Positions 25,995 through 35,590 of a stretch of 38,255 nucleotides of DNA are shown piece by piece. The stretch is taken from positions 1 through 38,255 of the IMG/VR virus record IMGVR_UViG_3300032243_000178; one strand, given 5' to 3'. This stretch comes from a virus. Taxonomy: Duplodnaviria; Caudoviricetes. The notes under the pieces are model-generated. The model was not told where the DNA came from. It searched no databases and saw only the letters and a list, made by a program, of their open reading frames with translations. Made by a program: the position numbers and the translations under genes. Numbering within the stretch: position 1 is the first letter of the stretch; the number at the start of each line of letters is the position of its first letter.

Positions 25995-28900
25995 ATGGCG
26001 ACATTACAATCACCGGGCGTAGCCGTAACAGTTATAGATGAGAGTTTTTACACACCAGCAGAACCTGGCACAACTCCTCTGTTTGTTTTAGCGACCCAAA
26101 TGAATAAAAAGAATGGTGCAGGTACTGCAACCGCAGCAGGCACCATTGCAGCAAATATTGGTCAAGTCTATAAAATGACTAGCCAAAAAGAAATTGTGGA
26201 CACATTTGGTGTTCCTTTCTTTGAAAAGACAGCCAGCGGTTCACCCGTACATGGTGGCGAATTAAACGAATACGGTTTACTAGCAGCGTATAGCTATCTA
26301 GGATCATCAAATTCTGCAATTATTGTTCGTGCTAATGTTGACCTAGGTCAACTAACACCAAAGAGTGTTGCGCCAGGTGCAGAAGCAGCTGATGGGCAAT
26401 GGTGGTTAGATACAGCTAATACAACATGGGGTGTTCAAGAATGGAATGCTGCTACTGTTGCTAACGGCGGTCAAAAATTTATTACCAAGTATCCATTAGT
26501 ATTAGCTGATAGCGATACTGCTACGAAAATCGAAGACAGCATGCTATACAGTCGTGCTCCAAAAGCATCCGTTGGCTCAATCGGTGACTATTGCATAGTT
26601 GCTGAAACAGCATTTGGTTCAGGACCATATGTTCAATCTAAAGAAACAATTAGATTATTTTACAAATCAGCAGGAAATATTGCTGCTGGTGTATCAATTG
26701 GCCAGTGGGTGCTAGTTGGTAGCCCAGAGTGGTGTTCAAGTTTCCCTGTAGTAACATTTACTCCAGGAGTTGGTTCAATTAAGATTAATGGCACTACGGT
26801 AACTACTGCTGTAAGTGCAAGCACTACTGCAACAACTATTAATAACCTAGCAATTGCTGGCGTAACTGCTACAGCATCAGGTTCTAAAGTTAGTCTTTAT
26901 TCAAATGGCGGCACAGAAGGTGCAGCTGATTCTACAAGAAGCGGCGCAGTTGTTGTTACAGTTACAAGTGGTGCTTCTGGACTTACTGCTGGTACATACT
27001 TACAACCTAAATTAACACTAGCTCCACATACTGAAGTTCCGTTATACAAGATTAATGATACAAAAACTGATGCTGCTAGCGGCAACGCTGCCAACGGTTA
27101 TCCAACAGGTTCTGTATGGATCAAGACCACTGAGCCAGGGTTTGGTTCACGTTGGAGATTAAAGCGTTACAATGCTGCGACTAAATCATGGGTTGCAATT
27201 TCTGCTCCGTTATATGAAAGCGGTAATTCAGCGTTGTACTATCTAGATCGTACCGGTGGTGGAAAAACTATTGCATTAGATTCTATCTACGTACAATATA
27301 ACAGCGATGAGCAGTTTAGCTATGCAAGTCCAGATACAACACCCGATGTTCCAGATGCATTGTTTACAACTGGATCATACAGACTGTTCCGTAGAGCAGG
27401 AACAGGTAACACAGTAATTACATCTAAAGTAATCACTGATGGTACATTTACTGCTTCTGCTAGAGCATTTACTATTCAAGAATCTGGATACACAGACGGT
27501 ACAGGATCGTTAGTTGAAGATCTGAGCCCAGCAAAAACAATCTATCTCGATACTACACGCGGTAATCAATTAACAGGTATCGGTCTTGATGATGCAATTA
27601 GAATTGCAGCCGCAATTAATGCTGCTGGTTTCCAACACATTGAAGCTAGTGTAACAGGTGATTATGAACTACAAATTTATCACAAACAAGGTGGTGATTT
27701 TAGACTAAAAGACACGACTGGTACACCTCTTGCAACATTGTTTACACCTTCTTCATACTCGGCAGGTTCGTGGCACGGTTCAGCTAACTTCTATTCTGCA
27801 CCAGCAGGATCAGCTAGCACATATATTGCTTCGACATGGCAGCCATTGGCAATTGCCGGATACAGTGCATCTAGTACTGCTCCATTAAATGAGCCATCAG
27901 ACGGCCAACTATGGTATAATAGTAACTTTGGTCAAGTCGATATTATGGTTCACAATGGAACTACATGGGTTGGCTATAGAACTGTTAAGTTTGGTGACAA
28001 CGTTAGTGCTGGAGTAACTGATCGTTACGGTCCAGTAGTATCGGCTTCAAAACCAACTGCAAGACCAGACGGTGCTGCTGCGTTCGTAACTGGCGACTTA
28101 TGGATCAGCACAGCTGATATGGAAAACTTCCCAACTATCTATCGCTACAATAACGAAAACCCAGCTACTAATACACAACTACGTTGGGAATTAGTTGACA
28201 AAACTGATCAAACTACTGAAACAGGTATTTTGTTTGCTGATGCTCGTGCAGGTACAAGTGGCGGCACAACAACAAATGCTCCATCAGGAACAATTGAAGA
28301 ATTATTAACAAGCAACTTCTTAGACACAGATGCTCCAGATCCAGCATTATATCCAAAAGGCATGATGTTATGGAATCTACGCAGAAGCGGCGGTAATGTT
28401 AAGAAATATAAAAATAACTACATTAAGTCAACAGAAGACAATCAACGTATGCCAGGAAAACCTTCAATGGACTCTTACTGGCCAGATCGTTGGACTACAG
28501 CAAGTCCGAACAACGAAGATGGTTCTGGTACATTCGGTCGTAAAGCCCAACGTGCTGTTATTATCGCAGCAATGAAGAGCTCAATTGATACAAACTTATT
28601 GATTCGTGATACAGAACGTAGAAACTTTAACCTAGTTGCTGCTCCTGGATATCCAGAAGTTTATGCCAACATGGTTAACCTAAATATTGATAGAGGTTTA
28701 ACATCATTTATTATCGCTGACACACCATTGCGTTTAGCAGCAGATGCAACATCATTGACTACCTGGGGTACTAATGCCAAGGGTGTTGTTGATAACGGCG
28801 ATGATGGCGTTGTTACATATGATGAATATTCAGCATTGTACTATCCAAACGGATTTACCACAGATCTAAGCGGTACAAATGCAGTAGTTCCAGCATCACA

Positions 28901-29471
28901 CATGATGTTAAAAACTATTGCAATTAGCGATGCTGTAAGTTATCCATGGTTTGCACCAGCAGGTACACGTCGTGGCGGTATCACTAATGCAACAAGCGTA
29001 GGTTACCTAAATGCAATGACTGGTGAATTCCAAACAGTATCTCTAAACGAAGGACAGCGTAACACATTGTACGATCTTAAGATTAATCCAATTCCGTTCT
29101 TTGTAGGTATTGGTAACGTTGCATTTGGTCAAAAGACTCGTGCAAGAAATGCTTCAGCATTAGATCGTATTAACGTAGCACGTCTAGTTGTTTACCTACG
29201 TAGTCAACTAAACAAACTTGCTCGTCCATACATTTTTGAACCAAACGATAAAATCACACGTGACGAAATCAAAGGTGCTGTAGAAAGTCTATTGTTAGAG
29301 TTGGTAGGTTTAAGAGCTATCTATGACTTTGCAGTTGTTTGTGACACATCAAATAATTTACCATCGACAATAGATAAGAATGAATTGTATGTTGATATTG
29401 CAATTACACCTGTAAAAGCAGTTGAATTTATCTACATTCCATTACGTGTCAAGAATACAGGAGAGATTTAA
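25995..29471 (+). CDS. gp18: Contractile tail sheath protein (gp18-like), 1158 aa with large insertions
   Basis: N-terminal LQSPGVAVTVIDES; C-terminal YPWFAPAGTRRG, INPI, GQKT, SALDRINVARL, FEPND..TR, PVKAVEFIYI. Confidence 0.95.
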   Translation: MATLQSPGVAVTVIDESFYTPAEPGTTPLFVLATQMNKKNGAGTATAAGTIAANIGQVYKMTSQKEIVDTFGVPFFEKTASGSPVHGGELNEYGLLAAYSYLGSSNSAIIVRANVDLGQLTPKSVAPGAEAADGQWWLDTANTTWGVQEWNAATVANGGQKFITKYPLVLADSDTATKIEDSMLYSRAPKASVGSIGDYCIVAETAFGSGPYVQSKETIRLFYKSAGNIAAGVSIGQWVLVGSPEWCSSFPVVTFTPGVGSIKINGTTVTTAVSASTTATTINNLAIAGVTATASGSKVSLYSNGGTEGAADSTRSGAVVVTVTSGASGLTAGTYLQPKLTLAPHTEVPLYKINDTKTDAASGNAANGYPTGSVWIKTTEPGFGSRWRLKRYNAATKSWVAISAPLYESGNSALYYLDRTGGGKTIALDSIYVQYNSDEQFSYASPDTTPDVPDALFTTGSYRLFRRAGTGNTVITSKVITDGTFTASARAFTIQESGYTDGTGSLVEDLSPAKTIYLDTTRGNQLTGIGLDDAIRIAAAINAAGFQHIEASVTGDYELQIYHKQGGDFRLKDTTGTPLATLFTPSSYSAGSWHGSANFYSAPAGSASTYIASTWQPLAIAGYSASSTAPLNEPSDGQLWYNSNFGQVDIMVHNGTTWVGYRTVKFGDNVSAGVTDRYGPVVSASKPTARPDGAAAFVTGDLWISTADMENFPTIYRYNNENPATNTQLRWELVDKTDQTTETGILFADARAGTSGGTTTNAPSGTIEELLTSNFLDTDAPDPALYPKGMMLWNLRRSGGNVKKYKNNYIKSTEDNQRMPGKPSMDSYWPDRWTTASPNNEDGSGTFGRKAQRAVIIAAMKSSIDTNLLIRDTERRNFNLVAAPGYPEVYANMVNLNIDRGLTSFIIADTPLRLAADATSLTTWGTNAKGVVDNGDDGVVTYDEYSALYYPNGFTTDLSGTNAVVPASHMMLKTIAISDAVSYPWFAPAGTRRGGITNATSVGYLNAMTGEFQTVSLNEGQRNTLYDLKINPIPFFVGIGNVAFGQKTRARNASALDRINVARLVVYLRSQLNKLARPYIFEPNDKITRDEIKGAVESLLLELVGLRAIYDFAVVCDTSNNLPSTIDKNELYVDIAITPVKAVEFIYIPLRVKNTGEI

Positions 29472-30113
29472 ATGTCACTAACATCATTAAATAGATTTTC
29501 GGTTCCAACAGCAGGTGCAGGTAGCAACACATCGCTGTTGATGCCTAAACTAAAGTATCGCTTTAGAGTGAACCTATTAGGATTTGGTGTTGAATCAAGC
29601 GTCGAACTTACTAAACAAGTAAGCGATGTTACAAGACCAAAGATTAGTTTTGAAGAAATGACTATTGATGTATACAACTCAAAAGTTAAATTAGCCGGTA
29701 AGTATTCATTCGAAAACTTAACACTAACACTAAGAGACGATGCATCCGGACAAGTTACCAAACTTGTTGGTCAACAGATTCAGAAACAGTTTGACTTTAT
29801 GGAACAGGCTTCTGCACGTTCTGGTATTGATTACAAGTTCCAAATGAATATTGAAATACTAGATGGCGGTAACGGTAACAGTGAAGCAGATATTCTAGAG
29901 CGTTGGGAAGTTTATGGTGCTTATGTTCAAAATGCCGACTACGGTGATTTGAATTACGCCACTAACGAACCAGCAACAGTTGCTCTAACACTGGCATTTG
30001 ACAATGCTGTTCAATTCAAAGGTGCAGCAGGCGCTGGCGCTGATCGTGGAGTTGGTGCAGTGGTTGGTCGTACAATCGGCGAAGCAGTTACTGGACGTTC
30101 CGGCGCTCAATAA
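29472..30113 (+). CDS. gp19: Tail tube protein (gp19-like)
   Basis: Directly follows the sheath; PKLKYRFRV, AGK..F..LTLTLRDD, WEVYGAY....YGDLNY motifs. Confidence 0.85.
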   Translation: MSLTSLNRFSVPTAGAGSNTSLLMPKLKYRFRVNLLGFGVESSVELTKQVSDVTRPKISFEEMTIDVYNSKVKLAGKYSFENLTLTLRDDASGQVTKLVGQQIQKQFDFMEQASARSGIDYKFQMNIEILDGGNGNSEADILERWEVYGAYVQNADYGDLNYATNEPATVALTLAFDNAVQFKGAAGAGADRGVGAVVGRTIGEAVTGRSGAQ

Positions 30114-30129
30114 TAGTTTTAGCTATACT

Positions 30130-30156
30130 AAAAACCCGGATAGTCCGGGTTTTTTT
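30130..30156 (+). terminator. Intrinsic terminator
   Basis: AAAAACCCGGA-TAG-TCCGGGTTTTT plus T-run. Confidence 0.9.
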
Positions 30157-30162
30157 GTGGCA

Positions 30163-30168
30163 TAAATA
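30163..30168 (+). promoter_or_regulatory. Late promoter core TAAATA, 5 nt before ATG
   Basis: TAAATA-TTTGT-ATG. Confidence 0.7.
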
Positions 30169-30173
30169 TTTGT

Positions 30174-31277
30174 ATGGCAAATAAATTTACAAGATTCCTT
30201 ACCGGAGTAGGCGATGGCTTACTAACTCCTAAAGGAGTAGTGGCTAACTGGCGGCATGCAACAAGATTGTTTGTTGATGATACTATGCGCTTGGCTCCTC
30301 GAACCAAGTTCATGTATTATGTTCGATTTGAACTTGATAAAACAGTGATAAAAGCCCCACAATTTACAGCAAAGTATGCAGATGAAATTGGCTATCTAAT
30401 CAAGTCAACTGACCTACCGAAGTTTACTATGGAAGCAGTTACTAAAAATCAATACAATCGAAAACATGTAATCTATAAAAACTTTTCATATGATCCTCTT
30501 AATATGGTCTTTCACGATGATAGTCAGGGGATTATTAATGCCTTGTGGGCATTATACTTCGGGTATTATTCAGCAGATAGAAATCTACCAGATCAAGCAT
30601 TTTCTAAATCTATTTCACCATATAGGGGTACAGGAACCGGTCTTGATAATTTTAGATACGGGTTAGATAATAATAAAAGTGTAGATATGTTTAAATCCAT
30701 ATCCATTTATACTATGAGTCGTAGTAGATTTAATGGTTACACTTTAGTCAATCCCAAAATTACTTCTTGGAGTCATGGTAGTGTTGCATCTGATGCCAAC
30801 GAATTTTTAGATAACCAAATGACTGTTGCGTACGAATCTGTAGTATACAGTTCAGGACAGGTCGGCTTTGGTAGTCCTAAAGGATTTGCAACATTACATT
30901 ATGATACAGTTCCAAGTCCACTAAGTGTTGCAGGCGGCGGTGTATCTACACTGTTTGGTGAAGCTGGCGTTCTTGCTGGAGCAGAACAGGTATTTGGAGC
31001 AATAAGCGACGGAACAGCATTTGGTAGTGTCGGCGGATTCCTAGGAACGGCTATCTCGGCGGTCAACACCGCAAAGAATCTTGGAAAACTTACCGGAGCA
31101 GGTATAAGAAATGAGGCAATAAATCTCATAAGTAGCCCAGCCGCTATAGCAGGGATCATTGGTACCGTAGGCGGAGTAGTAGGATCAGTATTTCCTAAAA
31201 ATTCAGGAAGTCAGGATACAACACAGGCCACACCAAAAGTACTAGCCGGCGATGCCGATATAAATGGACTAGCATAA
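30174..31277 (+). CDS. Tail-tube-fold baseplate protein (gp54/gp48-like tube initiator)
   Basis: K.TDLPKF......NQYNRK......YDP..M.FHDD and L.NP.I.SW tube-fold motifs; G/A-rich C-terminus. Confidence 0.6.
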   Translation: MANKFTRFLTGVGDGLLTPKGVVANWRHATRLFVDDTMRLAPRTKFMYYVRFELDKTVIKAPQFTAKYADEIGYLIKSTDLPKFTMEAVTKNQYNRKHVIYKNFSYDPLNMVFHDDSQGIINALWALYFGYYSADRNLPDQAFSKSISPYRGTGTGLDNFRYGLDNNKSVDMFKSISIYTMSRSRFNGYTLVNPKITSWSHGSVASDANEFLDNQMTVAYESVVYSSGQVGFGSPKGFATLHYDTVPSPLSVAGGGVSTLFGEAGVLAGAEQVFGAISDGTAFGSVGGFLGTAISAVNTAKNLGKLTGAGIRNEAINLISSPAAIAGIIGTVGGVVGSVFPKNSGSQDTTQATPKVLAGDADINGLA

Positions 31278-31646
31278 ATGAGTACAGCATTACCTTTATT
31301 AGAAGTACAAGATAGCGCACAGTCTACTAAACTGTTCTTTGATCAATACGGCATCAAGCCATTAGAATTTTCAGCAAATGATGTATCCGGCGCAATTGGT
31401 TTTTTTGAATCTAAAGGATTCAACAACGATGCTGCAATTTCAACAGCATCGGCAATTTTAAAACAAGCTAAAATCGACGGCATCCCGGTATTTCAATTGC
31501 TAGACACACTTAAAGGTTTCAATAATCTTCAGCTCAGTGCTTTGGTAAGTGAAATTCTCAATAATAATCGCACTTCTACATCTACGTTAGGGTACAGATA
31601 CGACACCGTACCTAAAACAGAGATAGTTAGAAATATAGCACCATAA
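31278..31646 (+). CDS. Hypothetical protein
   Basis: 122 aa, translationally coupled on both sides. Confidence 0.75.
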   Translation: MSTALPLLEVQDSAQSTKLFFDQYGIKPLEFSANDVSGAIGFFESKGFNNDAAISTASAILKQAKIDGIPVFQLLDTLKGFNNLQLSALVSEILNNNRTSTSTLGYRYDTVPKTEIVRNIAP

Positions 31647-32086
31647 TGCCTAAATTTGCCCAGGGTCGATTTGATATGAAAAACCCTGACAAATATGTCG
31701 GGAAGAAAACTCCTTTGGCTCGCAGCAGCTGGGAATTTGTCTTTATGCGGATGCTAGACGAGCACCAAGGTGTTGAAAAATGGGCTAGCGAAAGTATACA
31801 AATTCCCTATCGCTGCCCACTAACAGGCAAGTATACAATATACGTTCCGGATTTTTTCATAGTTTACAACGATAAGAATGGTGCGAAGCATACAGAAGTT
31901 GTTGAGGTTAAGCCAGAAAGTCAAACGGTATTAGAAAAGGTTGGCAAAAGCAGATATAATCAAGAACAATATATAAAAAACATGGCAAAATGGGAAGCCG
32001 CTAATGCTTGGTGTAAACAGCAAGGTATCAAGTTTCGCGTGGTAAATGAAGGTGAGATTTTCCATCAGGGTGGAAAGCGTAGATAA
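31646..32086 (+). CDS. gp4: Head completion nuclease (T4 gp4-like, TnsA-type PD-(D/E)xK)
   Basis: NPDKYVG, RSSWE, WASE...IPY, YVPDF, EVKP, KWEAA..WC motifs. Confidence 0.88.
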   Translation: MPKFAQGRFDMKNPDKYVGKKTPLARSSWEFVFMRMLDEHQGVEKWASESIQIPYRCPLTGKYTIYVPDFFIVYNDKNGAKHTEVVEVKPESQTVLEKVGKSRYNQEQYIKNMAKWEAANAWCKQQGIKFRVVNEGEIFHQGGKRR

Positions 32087-32093
32087 GTACATT

Positions 32094-32573
32094 ATGACTA
32101 AAAAATTAGAAGAATTATTTAATCTAGAAGATGCAGCAGAACCAGTAATTGAGCCCATCTCAATAGTAAAAACACACGACGAAGTTAACAGTCTCAACGA
32201 CAGCTATAAAGCAGTTGAAGAAATTACTCGCGGATTGCCACAGATTAAAGAACTTGACAATCTAGACGATGCTGAACTAGACGGCTTGGCAGTAAAAGCC
32301 GAAAAGGCCTACGACGATCTAATGGATCTAGGCATGAATGTAGAAGTACGTTATGCTAGCCGTATTTTTGAAGTAGCAAGCTCTATGATGGGCAACGCTA
32401 TCACGGCTAAAACTGCTAAAATTGACAAAAAACTCAAAGCTATCGATTTACAAATGAAGAAATATAAAATCGATAAAGACAACAACGAAGACCCCAATGA
32501 CGTTATTAATGGCCAAGGCTACATCATTACTGACCGCAATGAGCTACTCAAGAAACTAGGTCAAAAGGACTAA
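32094..32573 (+). CDS. Probable terminase small subunit (gp16-like)
   Basis: Start moved to MTKKLEELF (TAAGTA-N4-ATG). Helical protein with R.FEVA..M and a C-terminal RNELLK, close to the large terminase. Confidence 0.5.
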   Translation: MTKKLEELFNLEDAAEPVIEPISIVKTHDEVNSLNDSYKAVEEITRGLPQIKELDNLDDAELDGLAVKAEKAYDDLMDLGMNVEVRYASRIFEVASSMMGNAITAKTAKIDKKLKAIDLQMKKYKIDKDNNEDPNDVINGQGYIITDRNELLKKLGQKD

Positions 32574-32581
32574 ATACAGTT

Positions 32582-33151
32582 ATGAAGACTTTTAAAGATT
32601 ATCTTGCTGAAAGCAAAAAAGTATACGACTTTAAAATTAAAGTTGCAGGCGAATTGCCTGAAAAATTTCAAGAAACTCTAAAAGAGAAGCTTGGACGTTG
32701 TGGAGTTAAAACCTGTGAAAAAGTTTCTACAACACCAATACAGGCACTACCTTTAGACTTTCCAGATCATCCAAACTGCGAAGTTACAATTTTTGAAGTG
32801 GTGTGTGAGTATCCGATTACTTCACCAGAAATTGCCAACGATATCGCATCGATGGGTGTTGCAGCATCGTGTTTCCGTGTGCGTGGCGCAAATGAGCCTG
32901 TTGAACACGAAGATATTTTTGCCGCAATTGAACCAAGCGGCAAAGCATTATTAGCAGATGGTCAGTACAAAGAAGCTGACAAGGTCAAGGTTAAAGATTA
33001 TTTTGGTGATGAATTTAATAAAACATTTTTAAAAGATTTAGAAAAAACAACTAAAGCTACTAAGAAAGAAAAAGGCATTAACCAAGAATATAAAGTTTCA
33101 AAAACAAAATTAGATAACAGCGGACAAAAGAGTCCCATCGGGAGTAAGTAA
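32582..33151 (+). CDS. Putative internal head protein
   Basis: TAAATA-N5-ATG; N-terminus MKTFKDYLAE|S resembles the T4 capsid-targeting sequence. Confidence 0.6.
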   Translation: MKTFKDYLAESKKVYDFKIKVAGELPEKFQETLKEKLGRCGVKTCEKVSTTPIQALPLDFPDHPNCEVTIFEVVCEYPITSPEIANDIASMGVAASCFRVRGANEPVEHEDIFAAIEPSGKALLADGQYKEADKVKVKDYFGDEFNKTFLKDLEKTTKATKKEKGINQEYKVSKTKLDNSGQKSPIGSK

Positions 33152-33933
33152 TGAATTTTCAAGATTTAATGAACAAGATGCGTGAGCTTGATGCTCCGGT
33201 TACAGAAGCATCAGTTGAGGAATGTGGCGAACCAATGGGCATGACACCTCCAGCAGCAGAGCATACTACTCCGCCGTCGATGAGTGTTAATTTAAATGCT
33301 CAAGGTATGGACGACATTGCCGAGTTAATGAAGTTAATTACCAAAGTAAACCCAGACATGGAAAAACCAGCAGGCGGATTGCCTAGCCTAGTTCCTCCTG
33401 GACCATCAATTACGCCAAGCCTTCCTCCATTGAAAATGTTACCTGACTTAGACGCTGATAACGACGAAATGCCAGGCGGCGAAATGGACAAAGATGATAG
33501 CCCTGTTGCATCCATTCAGAAAGCCATGGGTGATGTTGACGGCGACGGAGATCATGACATGGATGATCACGATGCTGAAAAAGATCAAGAAGATGAAGCT
33601 ACTGATCCAGATTCTGGCGATGACGAAGATAACTATCGTAACTACGGATCAGATAATGACGGTGCAGCCGAAGATCCAAAAGGATACGACGATGATGATC
33701 AGAAAGAAGCAAGTCCAGCTGGATTTGATCAAGCTAGTACCAGTCCTGATCCTGAATTTCAAGATGCAGACTTTATGTTAAACAAGTTAGCTGGCGGGTT
33801 AAACCGACCAAAGACCATGCACAAGCATGGTTATCAGCAAGGTGACAATCCAATGGCAATGAATGATAGCGATCTACGTGCTAGTATTCGTGCAGAACTA
33901 TTAACTAGACTAGCAGAAGCTAAAGCAAAATAA
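33151..33933 (+). CDS. Acidic low-complexity protein, possible prohead core/internal protein
   Basis: Highly D/E/P-rich; contains DVDGDGDHD. Confidence 0.65.
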   Translation: MNFQDLMNKMRELDAPVTEASVEECGEPMGMTPPAAEHTTPPSMSVNLNAQGMDDIAELMKLITKVNPDMEKPAGGLPSLVPPGPSITPSLPPLKMLPDLDADNDEMPGGEMDKDDSPVASIQKAMGDVDGDGDHDMDDHDAEKDQEDEATDPDSGDDEDNYRNYGSDNDGAAEDPKGYDDDDQKEASPAGFDQASTSPDPEFQDADFMLNKLAGGLNRPKTMHKHGYQQGDNPMAMNDSDLRASIRAELLTRLAEAKAK

Positions 33934-33950
33934 TAGTTTATGAAATAACC

Positions 33951-33978
33951 AAATAGGCTCTACGGAGCCTATTTTTTT
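33951..33978 (+). terminator. Intrinsic terminator
   Basis: AAATAGGCTC-TACG-GAGCCTATTT plus T-run. Confidence 0.9.
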
Positions 33979-33981
33979 CAG

Positions 33982-33987
33982 TAAATA
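33982..33987 (+). promoter_or_regulatory. Late promoter core TAAATA, 5 nt before ATG
   Basis: TAAATA-ACAGT-ATG. Confidence 0.7.
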
Positions 33988-33992
33988 ACAGT

Positions 33993-35579
33993 ATGGCAAA
34001 ATCACTAGACGGTAATTTAATCAAGAAAGCACATGCTCCTCAAAAATATACTTTAGAGGAAGTGAAGCATCTTGAAGCATGCATGGATCCAGTAACTGGT
34101 CCAATATACTTTGCTAAAAACTTTTTAAAAATCCAACATCCTGTACGAGGATCAATTCGTTTCGTTCCTTACGATTATCAAGAACGATTAATTGATGCAT
34201 ATCATAACAACAAACAATGTATTGCCATGTTGCCTCGTCAAATGGGCAAAACAACCTGTGCCTGTGCATACCTGTTATGGTTCACAATGTTTGTCCCAGA
34301 AGCACAGGTCCTTATCGCTGCACACAAATATGAAGGTGCACAGGATATTATGAATCGTTACCGTTTTGGTTACGAGAACTTGCCAGACTTTATTCGTGCT
34401 GGCGTTTATTCATATAATAGAAACACTATCGAATACGATAACGGAGCACGTATTCAAGCAGTAACAACTACAGAAAACACCGGTCGCGGTAAATCTCTTT
34501 CTTTGATTTACTGTGATGAGTTTGCGTTCGTACAACCTCCAGAAAAAGCCAAAGAGTTCTGGACTGCACTAAGCCCAACGCTATCGACAGGCGGTAAATG
34601 TATTATTACATCAACACCAAATTCAGACGAAGATCAGTTTGCTCTTATTTGGACTGAAGCTAACAAACGCTTTGACGAATTTGGTAATGAACAAAAGCTA
34701 GGCACCAACGGGTTCCACAGTTTCTTCGCACACTGGGCCGAACATCCAGATCGAGATGAAGAGTGGGCCAAGGTAGAACGTAGTAAGATCGGGGATGAAA
34801 GATTCCGTCGAGAGTTTGATTGTGAATTCTTGATCTTTGATGAAACCCTAATCAACGCAGTAAAACTTGCAGAACTTAAAGGCAGTGAGCCAACATTAAC
34901 TATGGGACAAACACGCTGGTATAAAGATATTAATCCCCAGGCTACATATCTTGTATCTCTTGATCCTAGTCTAGGCACAGGTGGAGATAACGGTGCCATT
35001 CAAGTATTTGAAATGCCTACAATGGAGCAAACAGCAGAATGGTATCATAATCTAACTCCTGTACAAAGCCAGGTAAAGATACTGCGAGAAATTTGCACAT
35101 ATATTCAAGATCGCGGAGCAGAAAAAGGCGGTACACCGCAGATTTATTATAGCGTTGAAAACAACACACTAGGCGAAGCAGCACTGGTGTGTATTCAGAA
35201 TATAGGGGAAGAACAGTTTCCAGGCCTATTTTTAAGTGAGCCAATTCGCAAGGGGCATGTGCGAAAATTCCGTAAGGGGTTTAATACTACTCACAAGAAT
35301 AAGATTGCAGCCTGCAGTCAAGTTAAGCATTTAATTGAGCAACATAAAATGAAACTGCATTCTAAACCCCTAATTTCAGAGCTTAAAACCTTTGTAGCAC
35401 ACGGTGTGGGGTTTGGTGCTAAAACCGGTGAACACGATGATCTGGTAAGTGCTACGCTGTTAGTTGTACGCATGGCTGACATATTAAGCGACTGGGATCC
35501 CAAGATCTATGAAAAAATGACTGACAGAATTACCGAAGATCAGATGCCGATGCCGATCTTTGTATCAAGCATAATGTGA
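33993..35579 (+). CDS. gp17: Terminase large subunit (T4 gp17-like)
   Basis: YDYQ Q-motif, PRQMGKTT Walker A, LIYCDEFAFV Walker B, ITSTPN, F.REF.CEF, LDPSLGTGGD and HDDLV nuclease motifs. Confidence 0.96.
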   Translation: MAKSLDGNLIKKAHAPQKYTLEEVKHLEACMDPVTGPIYFAKNFLKIQHPVRGSIRFVPYDYQERLIDAYHNNKQCIAMLPRQMGKTTCACAYLLWFTMFVPEAQVLIAAHKYEGAQDIMNRYRFGYENLPDFIRAGVYSYNRNTIEYDNGARIQAVTTTENTGRGKSLSLIYCDEFAFVQPPEKAKEFWTALSPTLSTGGKCIITSTPNSDEDQFALIWTEANKRFDEFGNEQKLGTNGFHSFFAHWAEHPDRDEEWAKVERSKIGDERFRREFDCEFLIFDETLINAVKLAELKGSEPTLTMGQTRWYKDINPQATYLVSLDPSLGTGGDNGAIQVFEMPTMEQTAEWYHNLTPVQSQVKILREICTYIQDRGAEKGGTPQIYYSVENNTLGEAALVCIQNIGEEQFPGLFLSEPIRKGHVRKFRKGFNTTHKNKIAACSQVKHLIEQHKMKLHSKPLISELKTFVAHGVGFGAKTGEHDDLVSATLLVVRMADILSDWDPKIYEKMTDRITEDQMPMPIFVSSIM

Positions 35580-35590
35580 TAAATATAACT

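Noticed and set aside
31646-32086. TnsA-like nuclease as a Tn7 transposon
   Set aside because: No tnsB/tnsC or element ends; motifs and context match T4 gp4.
33993-35579. Intein or intron in the terminase
   Set aside because: The ORF is uninterrupted, of normal length, and has no intein splice motifs.
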